From Camelus ferus (Eukaryota), in assembly GCF_009834535.1 (NCBI RefSeq), contig NC_045707.1, positions 58,902,001 through 58,966,000 on the forward strand: 64,000 nucleotides of DNA, given 5' to 3'. Below are positions 40,847 through 54,100 of the stretch, in pieces. The position numbers and the translations under genes are program-made. Below the pieces are notes generated by a model. The model saw only the letters and a program-made list of their open reading frames with translations. It ran no database searches and was not told the origin of the DNA. The first letter of the stretch is position 1; every line of letters starts with the position of its first letter.

Positions 40847-41180
40847 AACTGAATCTACCATATAAAACTGAATTAGTTAAACAATAATATGGTATTAGCA
40901 TAAAAACTGATGCACACATCAGTGGAACAGAATAGAGAACCCAGAAATAAATCCATGCTTATATGGTCAATAAATTTAGAAAAAAACAGCCAAGGACATA
41001 CAGTGGGAAAGGACAATCTCTTCCTTAAATAATGTTGGGGAAACTCGACAACAACATGCAAAAGAATGAAACTCAACTGCTATCTTACACCATACATAAA
41101 ATTACCTCAAAATAGGTTAAAGATTTGAATGTAACATGAAACACCCAGAAGAAAACATAGGTGGTAACCTCCTTGACATG
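37861..41180 (+). mobile_element. L1 ORF2 fragment (37861-38320 and 40880-41180) split by a younger L1
   Basis: Breaks at '...tagtatggta' (38320) and resumes '...aatatggtattagcataaaaac' (about 40885), continuing the KTVWYWHK region. Confidence 0.8.
38321..40875 (+). mobile_element. Younger 5'-truncated L1 (RT to 3'UTR with (GT)n), nested
   Basis: Starts 'caggccaatatcactgat' (RPISL); LFADD-like motif; [17 protein letters not shown]...[12 protein letters not shown]; cetartiodactyl-type 3'UTR. Confidence 0.93.
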
Positions 41181-41749
41181 TAGCTACACGTGGAGTGTTC
41201 AAGGCTGAGTTCTGAATCCTAATCCTAGTTTTCTTAATCTGTACAGACTACTGAAAATCTTTCTCTGATTTTTCTGAGTTTGTGCTTGCTTTCTTAATCT
41301 TTTGTCCCATGTAGCTTTAAAATTTGGCAAATAATTTGAGTAAAAACTGACAACAGTTATTGACATCATTTCTCTGTACCACCTGTCATTGGGATTCTGG
41401 CCCCTTACGTCTTTCTATCCCCAAAGAGCTGCCCAAAACTATGCAACTTCTCTATCTATGAGTAAACACCTTTTATCTGGGTCCATGGTGTGTTCATCAG
41501 TCTTCTGACCTGTGTTCAGAATTGTGAGAGAAAGAAAGAGCTGTAAAATGTTGGTTTGCTTAACCGTACAACTGTTTGTGCCTCAGAGATTATGCCCACT
41601 AAGTTCTTAGTAGTTCTTCAGTGCCTACAGTGTTTTAAATATGTGTTTTTCAAATCAGGAGTCTCTTTCTGTTCTCTAGTGGAGCATTTGTCTATTACAA
41701 GCTACCCCATTTTAGCCAAAATTAGAAGTCCATTCACATAGCATTTTTT

Positions 41750-41905
41750 TCTGGTGTATGTATGTTAATTTTCTGTCTTCTCCTTCCAGATTATAAGCCC
41801 CATGGGATGAAGGAATTTATGTTTTTCATCACTGTATTCCTAGTGCCTATTATCAGTAATTGTCACATAATAGGAACTCAATAAACTGGTACTGAACAAA
41901 TGAAT
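41750..41905 (+). mobile_element. L2 3' end
   Basis: 'agattataagccccatg...cactgtattcctagtgcct...ctcaataaac...gaacaaatgaat'. Confidence 0.75.
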
Positions 41906-44900
41906 ATACACACATAAAATATGTATGTCCCAGATAAAATCCATCTACTTCTTTCTTCTCTTCTACTGTCAGAAGCACATAAGGCTTGGAAAATAAGTCT
42001 CCCTTTTTTGGGGACGTAGAAAAATCATGTTAAATTTACCTTCTTGGACTACCAGATTTAATTACCCATAAATGTCTACTTTCTGACTTGCCTGTTCCAA
42101 AAAAGAACTGGGTGCAAAATTTGTAAAGAAGCTCAGAGTCAACCATGAGTTGTATTTCATTTCCCCATATCACACTATCTTCATTGAGAAGTCAAAGTTA
42201 GTAAGAAGGATAGAAAGCAAAAGTAGTGAATAAAGTATCTCTTTTTAGTTTCTACCAACAATATCCATTCCCCGCCCCACCCCATATTTCAACTCAGTTT
42301 TGCTTAGGCTATAGGAACATGAAAAAAATTGATTTATAGTAACTGAATTAGAACACTACTACAGTGGTAAGGGGAAAAAAAGTTGATTCTAAACGGTCCA
42401 TTGGATTTTATAAAACAAACAAAAAAAGATCTATTTAAATTAGTGACACTTGAAAGATTTCTGATTTTATCCGCAATGAGTGATTACAGTAGACTCGATG
42501 TTTATAAGTTCAAAATCTGATTCTTCTACTTGATTGCTGAAGGGTTGTTTCTTTCCCCCTTAAGTAACTGGCAATCGATAGAGAAAGAATAATTTTCCTT
42601 CACAGATTTAGACTCAGGGAGAGCTATATTAGTATGAAATATACGAGTTTATATTCAGTTCATATTTCCACTGATAAAGAACAGTCCTTGAAGCAAAATA
42701 GGCATATCTGGAGGACTATCAAGAGAAAAAGCCATTTTTATTTCCACTGAATTGAACTGAAAATTATAGTCAGATTAAATGATCTAGACAATAATTTCTA
42801 GCTCTTCAAGAAACAAATTAATCAATTTTGAAATAAAAGATTAATATGAAACTAAGTCTTTCATTGATACACTGTGCTTCAGAATAGTCTCATAACAAAA
42901 GTAAACTTCACTGATGTTAATAGACGTATAAATTCATTTTCCACCCAACACTTTTTATTTAGAACCTATTCTAATATAGTAAAACGAGTGATCAGTTAAA
43001 ACATGCAAAGGTCCATTATCTGTCTCAAGCCTTGAGAACTGATTCTGAAAGCAATGTTCCAAGTATGTATGTGTGATATCAGTATAGTCTTCATTTTAAA
43101 TTTCTCTTGAGCTACCTAATTTGTGTCTAAAAAATAATGCTATTTTAAAATAAAATTAGTAACTTTTTTCTTTTATTATCTAAAGTCAAAACTTCAAACC
43201 ATAGAGTCCCTGAGTTGGAAAATTTTTCACATTATCAGTATTTTTATTCCCTTGCTATGCATATAACTACTGATATTATATATTTAACGATGTCCATACT
43301 AATTAACAGAGACTTCCCAGTACTCATATTTACCTTTGACTAAGCTAACTGAATACAGAATGTTAAGTGATTATCTTAGCTCTCCATAAAAACTGATTGT
43401 TAGAAAATATAACCTCAGTGCAGAATGCTTTAAAAGGTAATTTTATATAGCTAACCGAGTTTTTCTAAGTATAATTGCTTTCATCAGATATTTTATTTCC
43501 TAAGAAATTACTTTTACTTAAGGATTGTTTAGAATAAAATTAGAATAATCTCTCTTGATTAGCACTCTTTCTCCATGATAAAGTTTAAAAGTATAACTAA
43601 ATAATTTAAAGCATCAGGCCAAGGGGGCCACTTGAAACCTTTTCAAGCATGATAAAAATAGTTTTATAAGGGAGGTAATAACAGTAACCGAAATCTGTCC
43701 CATGATGGATTTGTTCAGATGAGCATACTTGTTATTGAGTATTTTTGAAGCATATATGAGAATAATTGAAAAAGGAACAGTAATTTTCCTATGAATAGAA
43801 ATGAACACTGCGGGATCTAACAAAATGCTGATAATGAACTCGCTCAGTTCTTGAGGGATAGTGTAAGTAGTAGCTGATTTGAATTGAAGCACTAGGGACT
43901 TAAGTGAAGTATACAGATACTCCCTGATAATGAGGGCTATTAATTATTGGAATGTGTTCCTGAGAGTTCTGGGGAGTTCCCACTTTTTAAAGTGGGCATA
44001 AATAATTGGATATCATACACAGCCCACAATGGTAAACTTCAGGGTAGCTAGGTTCTGTCCTACTATGAAGAACAATTGGTATCGTATTTAAATGCAATCT
44101 GAAAGCATTCGCACAGTAATTTGGTTTAAGAAAAGGAGAATTACCAGTCTCATGTTTTATTAAGTCACTAAGCCACAAATCGGATTTACTGGTTATAACT
44201 TTTAGAAACCTGACATCACAATCATAAGTACTTGTAGAAAACATGCTTTTTTAGGTATTAGAACTAATGAGAAAGCCAAGTGCCTGGGTACAAAATAAAC
44301 ATACCAAAATAAATAGCTTCCCTGTATAACAACCAGTACAAATATAAAATATTCAGAAATGTTTTATGAATATGATGAAACTAATTATAAAAATGATGAA
44401 AAGAATTAAACTATATGAAATTTTATAACTAAAGCCTCCATAGTAAAAAACAAATGATATAAACCTCCCAAGTCTTCTTTAGTAACAAGTTTGGGAAATT
44501 TTAAACAAAATCGCAAATGGGAAAATATTCCTTTATGTGCAGAAATGGCTTGGAATATTAAACTAAATAAAATAAATAAGATTAGCCAACCCATTTATGA
44601 AAGGAGAGTGTGTAGTCAGATCTTAGAAATTTATCACAGATAAAATAATTAAAAATTCATAATTTGAGTGTAGATTTTTTGTGAGTAGTATAATGCCTCG
44701 CTTCTCCAATGTTTTTCTTTAAGATGCTATGAAGAGATAGGAAAAGAAAATTACCACGTTGAAAAAGCAAGACTCACTGTCAACCTACTGACAGGGTCTG
44801 TGAAGAACTTCCAATAACCACAAGACCAGTACATTTTAAACTAAGAACAAATTGGTACTGCGACCTAAAAAGGATGTGAACATTTTCCTCTCAAATAAAG

Positions 44901-45089
44901 TAGAGAAGCCATTCCCTGGTTTTTCCCAGTGATCTTGTGTTTAGTCTATAAATTTAAGATTTGTAACAAAAATGAGGTTGGAATAGTAACTGTATTGTGT
45001 GAGCAAACTACTTAGTCTATCTCCACAATTCTTCTACAAGTATTTTTTTCTTGTGTGGGTGTTTTTTTCCCCCCAAATTTACCCATCTA

Positions 45090-46140
45090 GTGATTATTCT
45101 TCTCAGTGAAAGAAAATGTACAAATATTAGTGCATTTCTTACACAGAGGATAGCATACTATGTATAATGTTTTGTCATCTTGCTTTTTTCACTCCACAAT
45201 ATATTCTGGAGATTGCTACATATCAATTTATAGAGATATTCCTCATTCCATTTTGCAATTGCATTCTTTGATTGTGTAGACAGACAATAATTTACTCAAT
45301 CAGTCCAAAACTGATGGATATGTGGGTCATTTCCAATAATTTGCCACTACAAATACCAACACGAAGAGTAACTATTTCTTCACATGTTTGAGATGTCTCA
45401 TTCTTCATCTGCTACATTTCTATATGTATTTCTATCTATTTGTGAATTTAGGAACCTGTTCCATTGTAGGTCAGCGCCAATTATAAACTGCTTTAATTAT
45501 AGAGGTTTTATAATATGTTTTAATAACTGGTAGGGTTATCTCTATAAATAGTACTCTTTTTTGGTGTTTTTTTGGTAATTCTTATTTTTTCATTTTTCTA
45601 TATGGATTTTACAATGAATGTAGAAAAATAAGCCTACTGATATTTTTGGAGAAATCATGCAAATTTACAACTTTGCAAGACATGATTTTTTTGATGTTGA
45701 GTTTTCAAATCCAAGAACAATCTATGTTTTTATTTTTCACTTGCTTAAATCTGTTATGTGTCTTTGGGGATTTTAAACTATTCTTCATAGAGTTTTTGCA
45801 CAATTTTAAGTTTGTGCCTATGTATTTTTGTTGTTTTCTTATTGTTACCATGGAAAATAGGACTTTCTCTAGCATATCTTCTAACTGGTTACTCACTGTA
45901 TTGATTTCTATATGTTTATTTCCTGTTATTTTACTATAGTCTTTTATCATTTGTTGTTTTTACACTAACTCTCTTGGGTTTTTCAGATATATGATCATAT
46001 AATCTGTAAAACTTTAATTTTTTAAAATTCTTATTCCTCTAACTGCATCCTTATATCCAAATGCAATGACTAACAGCTCAGTACTGTATTAAATAATTGT
46101 AATAGTGATATACTTTATTCAAACTTTGAAGAAATGCCTC
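45090..46140 (-). mobile_element. Old L1ME-type fragments
   Basis: 'ctgatggatatgtgggtcatttcca', 'tttaattatagaggttttataat', 'tccaagaacaa' and the ORF2-like ORF 45705..45950. Confidence 0.75.
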
Positions 46141-47329
46141 TAATATCTTCTCAATGTATTAGTTTTTCAATATATTAGTCACCTTTTTCACCAAGCAACC
46201 CTAAAATGAAATGGCCTTCACAATGAACATTTCTTTCTCCTTCTCAGATTGATGGGTTGACTGTGGCTTTGCCAAACTCCTCTGGCCTTAGCATGGCTTC
46301 ACTCCAGCCTGTAGGTGTTCAGGTCTGCTTCCTTTGTCTTCCCATGCTAGGATCCAGGTTAAAAGAACAGGAATTAAAGGAAGTAGTGTTCCACTATTTG
46401 GAACATGTCTTCCTATGTGTGTGAGGAGTTCAAGAAAAGACAGTGTAAACATATAATGTCTTTTTTGAAGCATCTGGTTACAAGTGAAAAACTGTTACTT
46501 CTAGTATGAAATAACTTCTGAAGTTTTATACAGTTTAGCTCTTGACTTTGAAAGTTCATTTGATTTTTCCAGTTCTTCTCATATGGTTTGGATAAATATT
46601 GGTTCTGAGCCTGTATTCTCCATAAGGGAAAATGTGATGTTTGAGTCACATTCTTAATCACACAACTCACATGAAATTTCTTCTCATTTTTTTTGGAAAC
46701 ATTTAAAATTATTGTGCTGAAAAAAAAACTAAACAAAAAATATTATTTGCCATAAAAGGGAATCCATGACAAAGAAAATCTGTAAATGTTCCTGTGTTCA
46801 GCGCTGTTAAAATTCGTATGTAAAATTATCTCAACTATGTCAAAGTAAAAATCTGCACAGGAGAAGAGTATTCTTTTAAGGATCTATTTGTTACAGTGGC
46901 AAACCTACTATAACTAATATAATGTGATGTTAGTATACTTCATGTATAAAGAACTCTTTTCAAATTTATAAGTGACTTATTGGAAACTACTTTGAAAAAG
47001 ATCAAAGACCTGCAGAGACATTTTATACAACATCAAGTTACTTTATGAAATCATGTTCAATCCTACTAGAAGAAAATTCAAATTTACACAAAAATTGAGA
47101 TGCAATATTTAGCCCAACAAAAAGGACATATACCATCTATTGATAGAGGACATTACATTTTCTGGAGAGTATTTTGATAACACGCATCAAAAAGTTTCAG
47201 TGTTCATAATTTTAAGCCAATAATTCTACTTATATAAATGTATCTCAGGCATTACATTCAGCAACGTGGATATTTGTAGATATTTCCACAAGGGTGCAAC
47301 ATAAAACATCACTTAAAACAAGTGCTTTG

Positions 47330-48000
47330 AGTCTGGATAAGCTTGTTATTATCCAGATATAGATGGATAAAACTCCCACCCAGATTTCCAAAGAAATCCC
47401 CACAAAGAAGGAAAAAAGTGGAGGAAAAGTCTGTATTAGAAAATGAATTAGTTTTTCAAAGCTTTGATGAATCTAAGTTAGTTAGTATGCCGCAGACTGA
47501 GCTTTTTATATGTAAAAGCACAAATGGTGCAGAAGCAACAGGGAAGACACTCACAACGTGATTAGCACTGCAGATTTGAAGCAGGGAACTCTTTTCCCGA
47601 GACCAGCTCATACAAGGTTTAAGGAATTTAAACTCGCATATAATACAGCTCTCAGAATGAGAAACAAAGTAGATGGATTAGAAGCAGTGATCAAATAAAC
47701 GTACGAAGAAGACACTGTTAACCAGAAACAAGTTCTTGAACTTCTTTCTAAAGCAATTTTAACTAAGAAAAAGAGACCTAATCCTAGACCAAGTCTGATA
47801 ATAAGAAGGATGCAGGACAAACAAAACTCTACAAATACCCTTGGAATCCAAATCAGAATTTTAGCAGACATCTGTGCAACACTGAGTATAAGGATAAGTT
47901 TTAAAGTAAAAAATACTGAGCATTCAGCAAACACTTGACCAACCAAATGCTCATTCCTCTTCAAAGATGATGCCAAGCCATTCTCAGGTAATAAGAGGTC
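47330..48000 (+). mobile_element. Ancient LINE ORF1 (HAL1/L1M 5') remnant
   Basis: 'aaatcagaattttagcagacatctgtgcaacactg' resembles the ORF1 C-terminal I-R-L-x-x-D-F-S region; A-rich sense strand. Confidence 0.5.
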
Positions 48001-48824
48001 AATATACTTCCTCTAAAACTTGAATCAGAGATAGCTGAATTGACTGAGAGATGAATGGCAGGAAGAATGAAAGAACAAAAAGACTGGGATTTTAAAAGGA
48101 TTTAAATTAAGAGACAGAAGAAAAGAATTCCATTTAAAAATTAATTCCTACAGTTAAAAGTAATATAACATTAACACTGTCCTTAGTAGAAAAGTAAATA
48201 ATTTTTAAAAATATGAATGTAATGTACTTCTCAGACAACATCAACAAAAATAGACTAAATATATGCAGAAAGACCAAATCTATAATGTATGGAAATAAAT
48301 GGATGTAGATTTTTAAAATATATAAGTATATTAAAACCTTGCCAGTCTATTGAACAAAATTAAATTGTAGGAATGCAGTTGTTAAAGTAGACGTTTTCAT
48401 ACTCTGCTCCTGAATACCATAAAGATTTCACAGATTTTTAGTTGCTCTCAGATATTGACGAAAGGCCTCATTTTCTAATTTATGAAGTCCACTTTGATCT
48501 AAAGCAAAGGATGACTTCTTTCCTTTCAAACCTTCTCTTCCTCCCTCACTGACCCAACCTACCAAGTGGAAAGGGGATGAGCCCCAAGTTCTGCCTCTTC
48601 CCCTCCAAAGCTGGGCCAGCCTCAGCAGGAGTTAAGAATTCTCAAGCGTGCACAACCTTAAGTGACAGGTGCTACTGGAGTCCAGCCATCTAGCACCATG
48701 TTGGTGCCCATTATTTAATACTGCTATTTGCTTTTCCTGCAAATATTGGTTCTGAGCCTGTATTCTCCATAAGGGAAAATGTGGTTTTGGGAAGAGCTTT
48801 TGCAGGCTCTTTGGAGATGCCTGT

Positions 48825-49632
48825 TGTAACCGAGCAAGACCGTATTGTTATCATTGGTGACCATCTGAGGTCTCTAACGGTGTTTGTAACTGCCTAACTG
48901 TATTATGGTTTAAAAGGTTTTTCTCAGACTCTTACTGACCAAGGTTGGGCTGGAGAGGAGGCAGGCTTGGGAGGTCTGCCCAACCCCCTCATGGAGCTGT
49001 GTGAGGGGATTATGCTCAGTGGCCTGCTCTTGCCCCCAGCGCCCTGCTTTTGAGCCCAACACCTCAGAAATGGCAGTTGGGTGTTTTGTGTATCTTGCTG
49101 TTCATAACTTGCCCCAACTGTGCATGCCTGCAGTTGTTTTTGACCCCTTGTGGTTCCCTTGTTTCCTATTGTTTGAGCCCCAGGCCTCAGGCTGCTTAAA
49201 GGCTAAAAGTATTTATCAACCTGACTTCAAGTTGCTCAAATTTTTCTCTAGAGCTCTTTTCCATGGAGCCCCTTCCTAACCCTTTGCTCTAGGTACAAGA
49301 ATATTAAGAGAGTCCCAAAGCCGGAAGTGAAATTCATACCCAGCAGAGGGAAGAGAAACCCTGCATCTGCAAAAACAAGAACAACCTCTACAACAGTTTG
49401 TTACCCTGTGTATGATCTCTATGGAAACTAGCTCCACCCCTTGAATTCTTGAACTTTTCCTATAAAACCCACTGCCTTCTCTCCCCAGCAGGCTAACAGT
49501 CTTAGAGGCACTAGTCCACTGTGACGGCCTTTGCCTGGCAAAGAAATACTGCTGCCTTTTCTACTTAATCCAAAACTCTTGTCCTCGAGTCTCAGTTCAG
49601 TAAACGGGGCACAGAGGCATGTTCTGGCCACA
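48825..49632 (+). mobile_element. ERV1-class solo LTR (808 bp) with 4-bp TSD
   Basis: TG...CA termini (tgtaacc...ggccaca); CTGT on both sides (48821-48824 and 49633-49636); TATAAAA at 49461-49467; U5-like 'aaaactcttgtcctcgag'. Confidence 0.85.
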
Positions 49633-50299
49633 CTGTCACTGTGTGGCTTTCTCACCTGCAGCACCCTGATGTGGGCAGTGCTGCCTCTGATGACCAGTTC
49701 TGGCTTCCCCACTGTCCTGCCTTCAGGAGGACCTCACCACGTACGTGCAGTCAGAGGCTGTCCTTTCCCATCAAGGTGTCACCTGGCTACATCATCCTCA
49801 GAATATTCCACAGGAAAACCCACAGCCCAACTCTGAACCTCACTCTTATTTCCAGCACATCTCTCTCACTTCTGTTACACCAGCCCCTTCAGCCACACTC
49901 TGGCCTTCAGGTATTTTTCAGGCTTGATACAGGTACCAGTGCAGCCTTTCCAATTCCAGGCCGCTTGGCACTCTCTCTGAACATGCTTTTGTAAAGCCTT
50001 CTTTTTTGGCTGGGAGGGAGTGACAGGTCTGTGCCAATGGAGAGGGAGGAAGAAACCAGTGCTCCAGAGAATTCCTTATTCTCTTCATAGAAATCATGCT
50101 CTCTAAGGAGTATGTAGCTTCTGCTCATCTAATATTGGTGGGAGATGGATTGACAGCAGCAGAACCAGTTTTGGACACTCTTATGTATGTCCTGCATGAA
50201 GGTTCCATACCTAGAATGACAGGTTACTCTGTAGTGACTGCTGTCAGATTTGAGGCCACACTTCCTAACAGAACAGTCTTTAATATTCTCTTACACACT

Positions 50300-50720
50300 C
50301 AACTTACTCTGCAGATCCAAAGGCCTTCGTGATCTGGTTTGGGCCTACTATCTAACCTCATTCCCATTGCTCCATGCAATCCAGCTACAATGACTTTCTT
50401 TCAATTTCTAAATCGTATGCACCTGCTCTTTCCTCTCCCCAGAACACTATTCTCTCTCATCTTTGCATGACTGGATCTTTAGTCAGAAATTAGCAACTTT
50501 CCCTGCTCCCTTACGTAGAATATCTCATATCCCCTTTCTCTCATTCACTTGCTTTATTGTCTTCATAACCCTTACTAGCATCTAAAATAGGATTTACCTC
50601 TCCCCACATGAAGTTAAACTACAGGGAAGTGAGAACCTCGGATATATTTCACACCACTCTACCCACCAGAGATTAGAAAGCTGCCTGCACCAAGCTACAT
50701 ATGAAAAAAATATTGACTGA
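50300..50720 (+). mobile_element. L2 3' region
   Basis: 'aaggccttcgtgatctgg...ccagctacaatgactttc...ctttgcatgactgg'. Confidence 0.65.
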
Positions 50721-51034
50721 ACAGAATAAACACTTACAACAGAACAAATAATATTTAGGATATAAAAGAATGGTGTATTTTCTATGAGAGACCATCAAAA
50801 AAGAGAAGAGAAAGAAGAAAGAAAAAGAGAAAGAGAAAGAAGTAAAAAAAAAAAAAAAAAAAAAGTATAGGTAAAATTTTACCAGTCAAGTTTTACAAAT
50901 TCTAAGAGTTGACAACTTACACTGAATAGGTATACTAATAAAAGGACAAGCCAAAATAAATACATGGCTTCCACCATCTTTTAGTGTCAAATATCAGAGC
51001 ATCAAAGATGGTATCGTGAGAATATAAAATAAGT

Positions 51035-51150
51035 TAAGTGAGAGCAGGGACTTTTGGATTTGTCTTTTTGTAGTAACTAATATATCTACAGTACCTAGAA
51101 GAATGCTTGGAATATGATGGATGTTCAGTAAGTATTTGTTGAATGAATGA
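51035..51150 (+). mobile_element. L2 3' end
   Basis: 'gagagcagggactttt...cctagaagaatgcttgg...gtatttgttgaatgaatga'. Confidence 0.8.
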
Positions 51151-54100
51151 CTCAATCTAGAGCAAAAACTTATTACAAATTTGATAAAAATTGAAGAAAA
51201 AGTGACTGGAGTTGAGTTGTTCAAAATGCCATTCAAGCATAGGTGGGACAACTAGCAAATTAGACACACTGATGGAAGTTTAACATAATGCAATTAGCAT
51301 TATGTTAGCAATTTATGTTAGCATTAGCATTATGTTAGCATTAGCAATAATATTCCTTTGCTGATACCTCTAATTCTTTCATCCTTCTCTTTTTGAATAT
51401 ATTTACCTGGAACAACCACAACCAGGAAGCATTTTCATATGCTTTTTTGAGTAAACATTGTAAGAATATTACATAATCAATAAATTATAAATATAACAAA
51501 CTGATTCAAATTAAATGTTTTACTTTCCAAGGAAAGAATGTACATTTTTGCCAGTATTTACACACTTTATTATATACCAAGCTACACCTACTGAATACTT
51601 CAGTGAGCTCCTTTAAAGTCAGGTTTACGAGTATAATCTCCAATTTCACTGTAACAAACTGGATAGTAACAAAAAAAAAAGTTTAGGAAATCTTCATCCA
51701 CTATTAAATTAAGGGAAAAAAGTCTCACTTATCATTTCAAGGAAAAATCAAAGAATTTGAAAAAACTGCAAATAAAGAAGTACAAATTATGCAGTAAAAT
51801 TTGTAGTTAAGAACTAATTAAATATGTTTAAACTGATAAATGACTTAACAATTAAGAAAAAATGTGAATAATCATTCCATCCAGAATTCTACAAAAGGAA
51901 GCACAGATGGAGGTAGGGAAATAAAAACTTTCACTAGCGTTATTCACACTTATGTTTGTTAGTATTCTACAATGTCTACTCATTATTTTGCAATTACAAA
52001 AGCAATATATAATAAAAATACGTAAATGAGAGCAGGAGATCAATTTGTACACCTGCTGTTTACTAGTATTTCTAAACCGCTGTCTCACAAAGTATTGTTT
52101 TATAGTGTATTTATAGGTATGTTTTTGGGTAATGGTAGCATTCACATTCACATATGTTTGGGAAATCCCAGGTTAAACAAAAACAAGGGAATATCCTGAC
52201 TTCAGGATTTTTCACAAGAGCAGAAAGGTTAAGGCATATTGCTGATTTCCATTTTCTCTGTTAAATATGCAAATTTATTCTGTTAAGGAATATTTATTTC
52301 TTGGTACCTCTGTTAACAATTCCTGAATCCACTATCTCCAAAAATCCATTTTTAGGAATACTACTTTATGCTGATATACATTTTAACATTTTATTAAGTT
52401 GGCAGTTTTCTAGGAAACATAAATGACCAAAATTGAGTAAGAAACAAAATTTACCAATAATAAGATAAATAAAAATGTATTAAAGAATTATAGTCAGAGC
52501 AGGCACTGTCCACAGCTTATAAAATGAATAACTTTTAAAATCATTTTAAATGAAAAGTTCACACAGTATTCCAGAAAATAGAAACCGTTGTTTCCCTGTT
52601 AATTTTACACATTTTGCTTACCACTGATAGAGAAATCAAAGAGGCCAAAATCTCTCTCTCTTTAGAGTTATCCAATACCAAATACCCTGCAGCATAGTAG
52701 AAATAAAATCCTTGACAAAGTAGGATTATTTATCATATGTTCAAATATTGTTTATGTTTTATGAGCTATATTCTTAGAAATCATCCCATCAATGAGTTGG
52801 TGCAGCAATCACATTTATTTAATCCAACCAGGAAAAATACCAACTCTAATATCAAATTGTAACTCCTGACTTTCTCCCGTGTGCCTTGTGTAGTTGCTTT
52901 ATCATGACATAAACTGCTTTGTAGTCTGTTTTGATAAATATTTCATCGAGTTTCTAGAATTATGAACATGAGATCATTTGAAGCACATTTTTAAAATAGA
53001 GCTACGTATAAAAAGGTTGGTGAAAAACTTCCTTTGTTTCCAAAATTCTCCATTTCCTTCTTTACCAGGTCTCTTTATGATTTATCTAAATTGGGTTGTC
53101 ATTTAAAGTTTTCCCCATAAATTAAACTAACTCATACTCACGTGTGATCAACAGTAAAATAAAGGACATGCGTGGACAAATAAAATAATTAAAATCAATA
53201 TTCATTATTACCTTTCCAATGTAAGATTAGCCATTTTGGGATCATGACCAAAATATATGGGAGTCAGAAGTCTTAAAACTCTTCTTGCTCTACCAAGATG
53301 GTGCCTTTTTAGTTTAGAAGAAATGAAAATAAAAATTTGTCTTTATTTTTCCATCTCAGTTTTGTGCCATGGATTTTATTCATTTTTAAATATATCAAAG
53401 ACATTTATCTGAGGAATCGTAAGAGTCAATATAAAGTTCATGCTATGCAAATATGCTCTTATATCTGGGAAGGCTGAAGCTATAAAGTTCCTGTTGAGAT
53501 TAGCATAGTCCCAACATTTCGGAGTTTAAAGAAAGCTAGGAAGTGCGAAGACTGAATTACAATAAATACCAAAAAGGTCAGTTATAAGCCTTGATCCAGT
53601 GATTTTTCTGAAAGATTACTGCTCCCAAATCTCCCATTTGGCCAACTGGCATATAAGTGAATGTTTATCACTGCAAGGAACAGATTTTTGTTTCCTACAT
53701 AGAAAGTTATTATTTAGGATTTGAGTGTTTTTCTTCCTCCTACTTCATTCATCCAGCCATTTATTCATTCAGTCACATATCGACATGATATGCACAGAGA
53801 AGAATGGATGAATATTGCTGAATATGCAAAAAATATTAGATATTAAAGACAATATATTACAGATCAAGGATATCATACCACCCAATCTTTATATAATAAA
53901 ACAGAGTATTTGTCAATATATTTCTATTGGAATGCATGAGCAGTGTAAAGGAAAGAACACTAACCCTGAGCATCAGAAGATGTAATTATGTTACTTGAGC
54001 AAACTGTATACTTGTCTTTAATATAAAGGTGCTATCAGAGTACATGCTTAAACGTGGTACTTCTGTGAGAACCCATCAGAGAAACCTCTTTGCGCTGTTG

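Noticed and set aside
47332..47357. 9-bp inverted repeat (also an 8-bp one at about 43979-43996)
   Set aside because: Expected by chance in 64 kb of AT-rich DNA
49001..50332. Cluster of 60-117 aa ORFs
   Set aside because: They overlap the solo LTR and GC-richer decayed repeats, with no recognisable protein
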